From positions 1-64,000 of the IMG/VR virus record IMGVR_UViG_3300033145_000529: DNA of 64,000 nt; one strand, 5' to 3'. Positions 1 to 7,673 of this stretch are shown one piece after another. The notes beneath the pieces are model-generated. The model did not search any database and was not told the origin of the DNA. It worked only from the letters and a program-made list of their open reading frames with translations. The DNA comes from a virus. Each line of letters opens with the position of its first letter. Positions within the stretch are counted from its first letter, which is position 1. A program made the position numbers and the translations under genes.

Positions 1-46
<46 letters not shown>

Positions 47-86
47 AATCAAAACAGCTATCATACCTACATGGCAAGCCAATCTC

Positions 87-311
87 TCAGCTAGGTTGTT
101 CACTAAATACATTTTCTTCCTCTTGTATTATTAACCTTCTTAGTTTAAGGTCTCTGCAATGGATTTGGTAATTCTGCCCATTACTTATCACGATATAGAA
201 ACCATTTGGCTCCAAAAATTTAACTGTCCCATACATTGTCTTTTTCTCAAAAGCTCCTGCTTTGAACTCTACAGTGTCTCCAATTCTTAAGTTATAATGT
301 TTGTCCTGCAT
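87..311 (-). CDS. hypothetical protein
   Basis: ORF co-oriented with the left arm, purine-rich RBS upstream. Confidence 0.6.
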   Translation of the reverse strand: MQDKHYNLRIGDTVEFKAGAFEKKTMYGTVKFLEPNGFYIVISNGQNYQIHCRDLKLRRLIIQEEENVFSEQPS

Positions 312-337
312 TTTTATTTCCTTTCAGCTCCAATTTA

Positions 338-595
338 CTATCTGCTATGAGTTTCTTGTGCCATAGGGTTTTCAAATACCTTTTCTATCTCTCCATTATT
401 TCGCTCTGCCCATTGTTTAAGTTTTTCCTCACACTGAAGGGCAAACGCTTCAACCAGAGACGGGTTGAGAGTGATGTCATAGTAAACAACCTGGATAGCA
501 TGGAGCACATCCCTTACAATGTTATCCAAATTACCAGTAAGGTGAAGTTCCCTATTTTCTGTGCTGCTTATAGTAAGTTTATATTTAATTACCAT
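338..595 (-). CDS. hypothetical protein
   Basis: ORF with GGAGG upstream. Confidence 0.6.
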   Translation of the reverse strand: MVIKYKLTISSTENRELHLTGNLDNIVRDVLHAIQVVYYDITLNPSLVEAFALQCEEKLKQWAERNNGEIEKVFENPMAQETHSR

Positions 596-802
596 TTCCT
601 TTTACCTCCCAGTCTTCTTAATTTACTAATCTTTGCAAGGCTTTAGTATAAGCATCTAGTGTCTTTGTGAAAGCATCCCAAGCCTTGCTGTAATCAACAT
701 ACGCTTGGAAGCGTAAAATATTCCGTGCCTTAATGTAAGCATCTCGTTCCTTTTTAGCTCTGTCCTTATTTTTCATTCCCTTTTCCCTCCTGTTAGATTT
801 AT

Positions 803-905
803 GCTGGCTAGTAGCCTACTTTCGAAAGTGAGCTATGGATAGACCTACGCCCTAACTCACGCCGCCCCTTTCGGGTAGCCAGCTTGCTTAAAGTGCTTTC
901 GCACT
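803..905 (-). ncRNA. candidate structured RNA
   Basis: Closing stem GCTGGCTA/TAGCCAGC (883-803), internal CCC-GAAA-GGG and GTGAGTTA/TAGCTCAC stems, upstream GTGC-GAAA-GCAC hairpin; intergenic. Confidence 0.4.
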
Positions 906-1023
906 AGAAACCATTCTGTATTTACCAACTCACCCGTAAACCTAGCTGGCAATCTTCATCTCCTAAAATAAGAGTAGGATTTGATGGTGATATTTATATT
1001 TCAGCATATCCTGTTGAGCTCCC

Positions 1024-1233
1024 TTATCTGACTTTTTGCCGCACACATTTATGGTTTACTTCACATTGCTCACAACTACATTGCGTTCCTAGATTACTCC
1101 AGCTTTTTACATGAAACCGTGCTCCTTCACAGATAATATGTCGTTCTAATTTCTTATTGCAGTCAGGACATTTATAATACTCCGCTTTGAATGTTAAAGT
1201 TTTGGGTTCTAAAATAGTGTGATGATATATCAT
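1024..1233 (-). CDS. small Cys/His-rich hypothetical protein
   Basis: CPDC and CSCEQC motifs; coupled to the upstream ORF. Confidence 0.6.
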   Translation of the reverse strand: MIYHHTILEPKTLTFKAEYYKCPDCNKKLERHIICEGARFHVKSWSNLGTQCSCEQCEVNHKCVRQKVR

Positions 1234-1610
1234 TTCTCTTCTCCTACTACTTGGTGATAGTTATATGGTGGTTTGAGCATAGCCAGTTGAGACTCCTCCC
1301 AGATACTATCATTGCCTCCAAAATCCTTATATGCCTCATCAACTTCAGGCAATTCCCCCTTAGCCCATACTATCTCAAGAGACCTATCGGGTTTATCGGC
1401 TCTGATAGATAGTTTAATGAGTTCCTCTATGGTTAGTTTGCCGACTTTGAGATTGAGGATTTGCTTCCTAACATTCTCTGCGAGTTTTCGCTTAAACTCC
1501 TCTTCGTCTACTCTCTTAGAGGCTACTTGCCTAGCAGTTGTTTCATAAGCAATAATAATCTCAGCATCTATCTTCTCCCTAGCTTCGTTTAGGATTTCTT
1601 GGTCTGTCAT
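1230..1610 (-). CDS. hypothetical protein
   Basis: GGAGG RBS, 126 aa. Confidence 0.65.
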   Translation of the reverse strand: MTDQEILNEAREKIDAEIIIAYETTARQVASKRVDEEEFKRKLAENVRKQILNLKVGKLTIEELIKLSIRADKPDRSLEIVWAKGELPEVDEAYKDFGGNDSIWEESQLAMLKPPYNYHQVVGEEK

Positions 1611-1770
1611 TTTTACCTCCCAGAGCTATACGAAATATCTTTTCCGATAATCTGTGGAACTTACAGGGTTTATGCCAAGGACATCTGATTAAACAATCTT
1701 CCTCCATACATAGCTCGCATACTTTCTTTCGGAATAGTTTAGCTTTCTTTAGGATTTCTTGGTCTGTTAT
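1579..1770 (-). pseudogene. ORF beginning at ATA (start lost or non-canonical)
   Basis: N-terminus ITDQEILKKA matches MTDQEILNEA of 1230..1610; in-frame stop two codons upstream. Confidence 0.5.
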
Positions 1771-1960
1771 TTTTCACCCTCCTTAATAATCTGTCTTTTA
1801 GAGTAATCCTCTAGGATGGCAAACCCCACACAGGCAGGGAAAACTATTACCCACCATTGCCATTGCAAAACGCTGAAGAAATGCGCCATCACCACACCAA
1901 GCAACCCACACAAGAAACAATACATAATATCTATATACTTCATAATTCCTCCTTTAGAGC

Positions 1961-2224
1961 TTACCCGAAACACCTTTCGTCAAGTTCAGTCTCTAACTCT
2001 TTCAGAAATTTCTTCCACCCCATAGAAAGTATTCTCTGCCTCTCATCCTTCACCCTCTGCTGACATTCAGCCTTACCATCAATCTCATCTTGGTCTAGTT
2101 GAGCTTGAAGTAGAGGGAATACATCCCTTTTGAAATCTCTACCTAACGACCTAACATGAAAAATGCTTGCTGGTCTTAGCCTATTTAATATAGGCATTAT
2201 CTGTTTATCTGTTAATCTTTTCAT
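1961..2224 (-). CDS. hypothetical protein, paralog of 3572..3832
   Basis: Shares an identical 56-bp segment encoding QAQLDQDEIDGKAECQQRV. Confidence 0.65.
   Translation of the reverse strand: MKRLTDKQIMPILNRLRPASIFHVRSLGRDFKRDVFPLLQAQLDQDEIDGKAECQQRVKDERQRILSMGWKKFLKELETELDERCFG
2052..2107. repeat. 56-bp perfect direct repeat, copy 1
   Basis: Identical to 3678..3733. Confidence 0.9.
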
Positions 2225-2366
2225 AACAACTCCTTTATATTTATTTATCAGTCAATCTACTTAGCATTATTCCCACCTGTATCCTGATGTAGATTCTCTA
2301 AACACTACCTCTCTTCGCCAATCCAATGTGCTTTCATACCATTTTGTTGTTTCTTTAGTCAATCTA

Positions 2367-2594
2367 TCACCTCCTTAAAAACCTAATTGTGCAAAGTCCG
2401 CATAGAGATGCCACAGCCACGCAGATGAAAACGATAACAGAAATATCAGAATGTAAAACACCACGCTGCATCTCTCCTTGATAGTAGGTCGTAATATGGT
2501 CAAAATCAGGCAGGATACTACCGAGGCTGCCGCCAACCCCGACAACCAGTGCAGGAATAAACATCTTATTACCCAGCTTGCCTCTACACCGCAT
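2367..2594 (-). CDS. small membrane protein, YdjM-like hydrolase fragment
   Basis: GSILPDFDH motif, hydrophobic segments. Confidence 0.4.
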   Translation of the reverse strand: MRCRGKLGNKMFIPALVVGVGGSLGSILPDFDHITTYYQGEMQRGVLHSDISVIVFICVAVASLCGLCTIRFLRR

Positions 2595-2595
2595 A

Positions 2596-3054
2596 TCAAT
2601 CTAGATACGCTCCTATCCAAATTCTATTATCCCTTGGCTCTATATACCAGAGTTCATTGCCTATCGCCGCATTGCAAATCAAGTGCAGACGACCCCCATA
2701 TATTGTTCTACCATAGTATTGTCTATATTCCGCCCTTGTTAGTGTCTCAAGTGATAGGATACAACCCTCCTCCAATGCCCTCTGTTGTAGTGACATAGCT
2801 CTATCGTCACAGTCAGTATCAAATTTAGTTACACCTTTGGTCTCTTCCTGTACCTTAGCTAGGAACTGTTCTAAGTCCTCAACTGAGTGGAAGTGGCTTG
2901 GTAGATTTAGCTGTTCTTCCCTGCTTAGTTCAGAGCCATATACCTGATTATAGGAATAGACGTTAACCCCTACGAATACAGCTAGGCAGATAATTATAGC
3001 TAGTATTATCTTTCTATTAGACGTCATTTCTTCTCCTCTACTATTTCGTGCCAT
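2596..3054 (-). CDS. membrane-anchored transglutaminase-like cysteine peptidase
   Basis: N-terminal TM helix; DCDD..H..N..YIEP pattern. Confidence 0.45.
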   Translation of the reverse strand: MARNSRGEEMTSNRKIILAIIICLAVFVGVNVYSYNQVYGSELSREEQLNLPSHFHSVEDLEQFLAKVQEETKGVTKFDTDCDDRAMSLQQRALEEGCILSLETLTRAEYRQYYGRTIYGGRLHLICNAAIGNELWYIEPRDNRIWIGAYLD

Positions 3055-3065
3055 CCCTCAAGCTC

Positions 3066-3225
3066 CTACCTTACTTCGGAGAGGATTAGAGGTTTGATTT
3101 CCTTGTAGATTACTTTGGCTATTTCAGTTAAATCAGCATAGAGAGCATCTCTCTCTATTATCAGAAACAGCACCAATCCAGTATACCAGCATTCGTTTAG
3201 CTATTATTTCTACTATCTCATCCAT
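3066..3225 (-). pseudogene. frameshifted small ORF
   Basis: MDEIVEIIAKR... continues in another frame (DALYADLTEIAKVIYKEIK) across an (AG)n run near 3148-3157. Confidence 0.4.
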
Positions 3226-3571
3226 TATCCTCTCCTACTACTGGTTTCACTTCTTCCATTTAGGTGTATTTTGCCTAGCTTTTGCCACGCACTTTGGGCA
3301 AGCTGATTGGTCTGCCACCGAATAGGGATAAAAAGTATACGGCTCCCCACATATAGGACATTTAATTGTTTTAGTATCCATTATCTTCTCCTATTACTAA
3401 TGTCTTCAGGCTTCTAATTCCTCGCACAGACTGCTAAGAATATCGGCTGGAACTGAGTCAAAAAATGTTTCAGGTAATTTAGGAACGACATCAACCACCC
3501 AAGCTAGTGTCTCGACAATAGTCCTGTGGATTTCCTCTCTCACATAGTCATCCATTGTTGCTTTTGGAGTT

Positions 3572-3832
3572 TTACTTGGAAATTCTCTCATTACTTGCCT
3601 CCTGTTTTAATATAGACTTTACCTTTTGGGCTAACTCAAATGAAAATAGCAGCATAAGTTTGTCCAATATCCTCTCAACCCTCTGCTGACATTCAGCCTT
3701 ACCATCAATCTCATCTTGGTCTAGTTGAGCTTGGGTTATTGCTCTTCTACCAGCACCTCGCTTATTAGAAGCTACAAATCTTTCACCATTAAAAACTGCA
3801 TCCTCTATCTGTCGCTCTGTTAGTATTTTCGT
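3572..3832 (-). pseudogene. ORF beginning at ACG, paralog of 1961..2224
   Basis: Same upstream AAAGGAGTTGTT as its paralog but ACG replaces ATG; 86 sense codons open. Confidence 0.55.
3678..3733. repeat. 56-bp perfect direct repeat, copy 2
   Basis: Identical to 2052..2107. Confidence 0.9.
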
Positions 3833-3859
3833 AACAACTCCTTTTCAATTTTAATATAC

Positions 3860-4768
3860 CTATCGGCTATCTTCTCCAAACTCTCTCTCTTTCAGATAAT
3901 CCTTAAACATCAAAGCTGTTAAACGACCTATTTGTTTGCGTGCATCGGGTGAGTCAACTATTTCACCCTCAGCCTCCCGAAGAATGTCATCGGTCATCAA
4001 GGCAATTATTTTACCTGTGTTCTCTATTGTTGCCTCGACTACACCTTTTGTCAAAATGTGGTTTAATCTCTCCTGCGTTACCCATTCGTTAGCAATTACC
4101 TTTGCGTTCTCTATAACTTTTAATTTCTCTGGACTAATTTGACGTGGGGCTTTGGTTTCCTTATACTCATCCCTCTTATGTTTAGCAATTACTCTTTTGC
4201 CGCTGTTCAGCACAACTTCTTCAATCGGTCTGAGCACAATACCTTCACGATGATGCTCTCCCATCTCATTTCTGACTGCCTGCTCAGAGGGAGCATCCCT
4301 TTCGGCATCAATTGCTTCAAGAGTAGTAGGAATTCTCTTATAATGGACAAATTCAATACCGAGTTTATTACAAATATCTTCTGCATTTGGAACATTTAAC
4401 CAAGTGTCTCCAATCTTAACCTCAAATGCCACAAACTTCTGCTTGTCACCATAGACTTTCCTCATCCCCTGCATTTTTCCACCGTAGAACTCACCGTAGA
4501 CGTGGACTTTGTTGTTCGGTGGGGCTATTTCATCAAGTTTTGTTCTTATTGCTTCAGCATCGAAGAGTTCAATAAAAGTTTCATACTTTCCCCCACCAGC
4601 AAAGAATGCTAGTCGGCTACCGAGAGTAGTTTCCTTATCGGGTGTATAAGAAAGATGAGCAGAAGTGCCGTGAATTTTCTCTAAGGCATATACTTCCCTA
4701 AATAAAAGTATTTCTTGTTCCTTATATAGATTTGGTATGCTCATATAGGACACTGTTTCTACCCCCAT
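3860..4768 (-). CDS. RNA ligase, Rnl2 family
   Basis: Motif I EKIHGT, YGEFYG, FVAFEV, EGIVLRP, IAKHK. Confidence 0.85.
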   Translation of the reverse strand: MGVETVSYMSIPNLYKEQEILLFREVYALEKIHGTSAHLSYTPDKETTLGSRLAFFAGGGKYETFIELFDAEAIRTKLDEIAPPNNKVHVYGEFYGGKMQGMRKVYGDKQKFVAFEVKIGDTWLNVPNAEDICNKLGIEFVHYKRIPTTLEAIDAERDAPSEQAVRNEMGEHHREGIVLRPIEEVVLNSGKRVIAKHKRDEYKETKAPRQISPEKLKVIENAKVIANEWVTQERLNHILTKGVVEATIENTGKIIALMTDDILREAEGEIVDSPDARKQIGRLTALMFKDYLKEREFGEDSR

Positions 4769-4795
4769 CTTGCTCCCCCAACACCCATCTAGTAT

Positions 4796-5134
4796 CTAAA
4801 TACTGTTGTAATTGTGCTGAGGTAACTCCCCAATCAAAATTCCATATTTATCTGCTTCACATGAACCCCAATTATATCTGCCACACACTTTGCATAACTC
4901 CTTACATTCTTTTAATGCTAAGAAATAGGGTTGTATCAAATGAAACCGTTCTGGTGTTAATTTAGACATAATGAGGACTTCACATTTCGTTGTGTAACAT
5001 TGAAACTTAACCTCACAGTTATTACAATGTTCATCGCAATAACCATCACCAAGCTCCTCACCACCTAATATGTAACGCACTATTCGCATTACCTCTCCGT
5101 AAAACACTTGAACCTGTTCACGCAAGTTTCGCAC
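4796..5134 (-). CDS. hypothetical protein with CX2CX5C motif
   Basis: CNNCEVKFQCYT. Confidence 0.6.
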   Translation of the reverse strand: MRNLREQVQVFYGEVMRIVRYILGGEELGDGYCDEHCNNCEVKFQCYTTKCEVLIMSKLTPERFHLIQPYFLALKECKELCKVCGRYNWGSCEADKYGILIGELPQHNYNSI

Positions 5135-5403
5135 TCCTCGCCCTGTAAAACACCTTCACAAATCCTCTTAATAGGTTTGTAATAATCCGTGCCCCACTCA
5201 GCAATCAGTTCTCTATTACCACCACCGCTTCCACCTGTTTTGTAGACACGAACAATATCTTTGCCACTTTCATCATCGTGGTAGCACTCAATTTTAGCTC
5301 CTGTACGCCAGCCTCGGATATGACCAGCAATTCCGCTATCCTTACTTCCGCCCCTTGTAGCTTCACCACGATCGCCTTGAATATTCCCATAAAAATGTGA
5401 CAT
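5089..5403 (-). CDS. hypothetical protein with C-terminal CX2CX5C motif
   Basis: Start moved to MSHFYG after GGAGG; ends CETCVNRFKCFTER. Confidence 0.7.
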   Translation of the reverse strand: MSHFYGNIQGDRGEATRGGSKDSGIAGHIRGWRTGAKIECYHDDESGKDIVRVYKTGGSGGGNRELIAEWGTDYYKPIKRICEGVLQGEECETCVNRFKCFTER

Positions 5404-5646
5404 TGTTTTACCTCCCCATAGTACACAACAATCTTTGCAATTCTGGTGACAGTCCATCTATCCACCAACATTCAAGTCTGCCGTATGGTTCAAATCTAAC
5501 ATAAATGACATTGCCAGCAGGGTGTCACTCTTCAATAGTCTTTGCTGTTTTCTGTATTCTTTTCCTCCGCTTTGGCTTCCCTCTCCTCTTCTTTCTCTGC
5601 CTCAGTAATTGCAGTTTTGAACCTTTCTTCGTAATCCATCCTTAAC

Positions 5647-5841
5647 TCAATCAAACTCTCCCCTTGCTACACACTGACGCAGGTGCTTAACTAGCTCTAT
5701 GTGTGCTTTGGTAGGTATTTCGTGACAACCAGTAGCACAAGCACACCTGTCTTTGCAAGCATCGCAATCTGTGTCAAAGGTATTACCTTTAGTAGCACGA
5801 CAGTCCCTTACTTTCTTGGGTAGCAATTCATATCCTTCCAT
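5647..5841 (-). CDS. small protein with variant CX2CX5C motif
   Basis: CDACKDRCACAT; directly downstream of a promoter. Confidence 0.6.
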   Translation of the reverse strand: MEGYELLPKKVRDCRATKGNTFDTDCDACKDRCACATGCHEIPTKAHIELVKHLRQCVARGEFD

Positions 5842-5861
5842 TCTTTCACCTCACTATAACC

Positions 5862-5890
5862 ATTGTATCATAAGCCCCAATTAAAGTCAA
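5862..5890 (-). promoter_or_regulatory. sigma70-type promoter
   Basis: TTGACT-17-TACAAT with GGCTTATG in the spacer. Confidence 0.7.
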
Positions 5891-6229
5891 ACCTTATTTG
5901 TGGCTACACCAATCTCTCTGTGTCCATTATTTCGGGGAATAGCCTGCCTAACTACCCATCACAAATGATATAATCCCCCCTAACATCTTCTTTAATTTTC
6001 GTTTTCATGCAATTTTTTTTCGAGAAATTCAAGTCGCTCTTTATCGTATGGCGACATAGTGATAGCACCTAATTGCTCCACAATGCTAAAGTATTTTTTA
6101 TAGATTATCACCATTTCTAGCAAAATTTCTTCTTTATTCATTACCACTTCCCTTTCCTTAATTGCTTGTTTTCCAACCCAAGAAGTCTAATCAGCTCGTT
6201 GCCCCTTTTAATCTCATCTATTTCTCTTC

Positions 6230-6742
6230 TCATCGCCAGAACCTCTTAGTTACCTTTGGATTTCTGTGAAGCCTTTGAGGGTCTTGTTGATACACTTGGC
6301 TTTCCGTTGCTATCTCATGCTGTGATGTATAGCACTTAAACCTATCTGGACAAGTTCCACAGATACTCGTAACTTCCAAGTTAAGTTTACTTCTTATCTC
6401 TGAGTGTGGCTTTTCTCTGCATTCCTTACAAAGCGGAACTATAAAATTACAGGTATTAACACCCTCAAAAGTTAGACGTTCTATTGTAGTAGGAAAGAGA
6501 TTTGTGCCTTTAACTAACCCACAACAAGCACACAATACTAGACGATTTTTTTCTCTTTCTTTTTTGCGACAAGAGGTACAGATAGGTTTTATTATAATAT
6601 GGTCACCTTCGGTCATTGTATATGGTCTTACTGTGTCATGTGTAAAACCGCAAAAACTACAATAACCTATTTTATGTTTAATAATATGAGGTTTAACTTC
6701 CATGTTCCCACTTATAACCGCCTGCTGTCTTACGCTTGCCAT
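6230..6742 (-). CDS. multi-CxxC protein with CX2CX5C motif
   Basis: Four CxxC pairs plus CGTCPDRFKCYT. Confidence 0.7.
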   Translation of the reverse strand: MASVRQQAVISGNMEVKPHIIKHKIGYCSFCGFTHDTVRPYTMTEGDHIIIKPICTSCRKKEREKNRLVLCACCGLVKGTNLFPTTIERLTFEGVNTCNFIVPLCKECREKPHSEIRSKLNLEVTSICGTCPDRFKCYTSQHEIATESQVYQQDPQRLHRNPKVTKRFWR

Positions 6743-6838
6743 TGCATACCATATAAAGATTATTTATTCTAGTTTGTCTACTTGCTTCCTTTCAAAGCCT
6801 CACTTATGTGTTTCCTATGCTCTCATTAGTCAGATGTT

Positions 6839-7318
6839 TCAACTTTTACACCTTGTGGTAAGGCAACGAAATCTATTATCGCATTTCGCACAGTTTTCGC
6901 TTTCCCCAAGTGGAATAGCCTCAATAGTTATTCTCAAAAATCTTTCAGTATTGTGCTTTAAGATTTCACTTACATCCCTAAATTCATCGTAAGCTATGCG
7001 AGACATGCCAGGATGTTTACTATTAAAATTTGGACAACCTAGATACTGAAAAATCTCACGAATAGTGCCGTGTTCATCACGGTCAACTGCATCACCAACA
7101 TCTTCCGCCAAAAATCCCTCAATTTCAATAGGAAGTGAAGCAACAAGTTGGCTTTCTACGCATAGCTTCTTTATCTTAATTTGCCTTAACTGCTCCCTCT
7201 CCTCAACATAGAGATTTTTAGCAGAACCATCCGAAATTTGCCCCTCAATCGCCTTTATCTCAATTTGCATTTCATTGCGTAGTTTGATAGTTTGCTCTCT
7301 GGTCTTATTCTCTTGCAT
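6839..7318 (-). CDS. coiled-coil protein with C-terminal CX2CX5C motif
   Basis: CAKCDNRFRCLT. Confidence 0.7.
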   Translation of the reverse strand: MQENKTREQTIKLRNEMQIEIKAIEGQISDGSAKNLYVEEREQLRQIKIKKLCVESQLVASLPIEIEGFLAEDVGDAVDRDEHGTIREIFQYLGCPNFNSKHPGMSRIAYDEFRDVSEILKHNTERFLRITIEAIPLGESENCAKCDNRFRCLTTRCKS

Positions 7319-7397
7319 TGATATATCCCTTGCACTCTAAAAATATCTTGGGCGCGACCTCTTTTGAGTATAGGCAATTAGTCGTGTCCTTTATCTT

Positions 7398-7649
7398 TCA
7401 TTTTCCTTCCTCCTTTTCAGGCAACGGACACCAAGATGGCATTATATGAATGTTTCTAATTATCCTTAACCCATGGGTTTTAAGGGGGCTTTTAAGACAC
7501 CTGTTAAGGGAGGTTATTGAATACAATCCTAGTATCTCTGTAGTTTTTGGTTCTAACCGCCAACCACATTCAATACATTTACTGACATCGTAAACTTCCT
7601 TCACATACTCACCATCAATGTGATGGTTTATGCTACAAATCTTAGTCAT
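7398..7649 (-). CDS. small Cys-containing hypothetical protein
   Basis: CIEC and PSWCPL motifs. Confidence 0.6.
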   Translation of the reverse strand: MTKICSINHHIDGEYVKEVYDVSKCIECGWRLEPKTTEILGLYSITSLNRCLKSPLKTHGLRIIRNIHIMPSWCPLPEKEEGK

Positions 7650-7673
7650 TTTCCTCGTTTTGTTGTACCTAAT

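Noticed and set aside
5870-6008. Possible TAG readthrough or alternative genetic code
   Set aside because: A short frame has internal TAGs, but NrdJ, TerL and many other genes end properly at TAG and long genes are intact in code 11.
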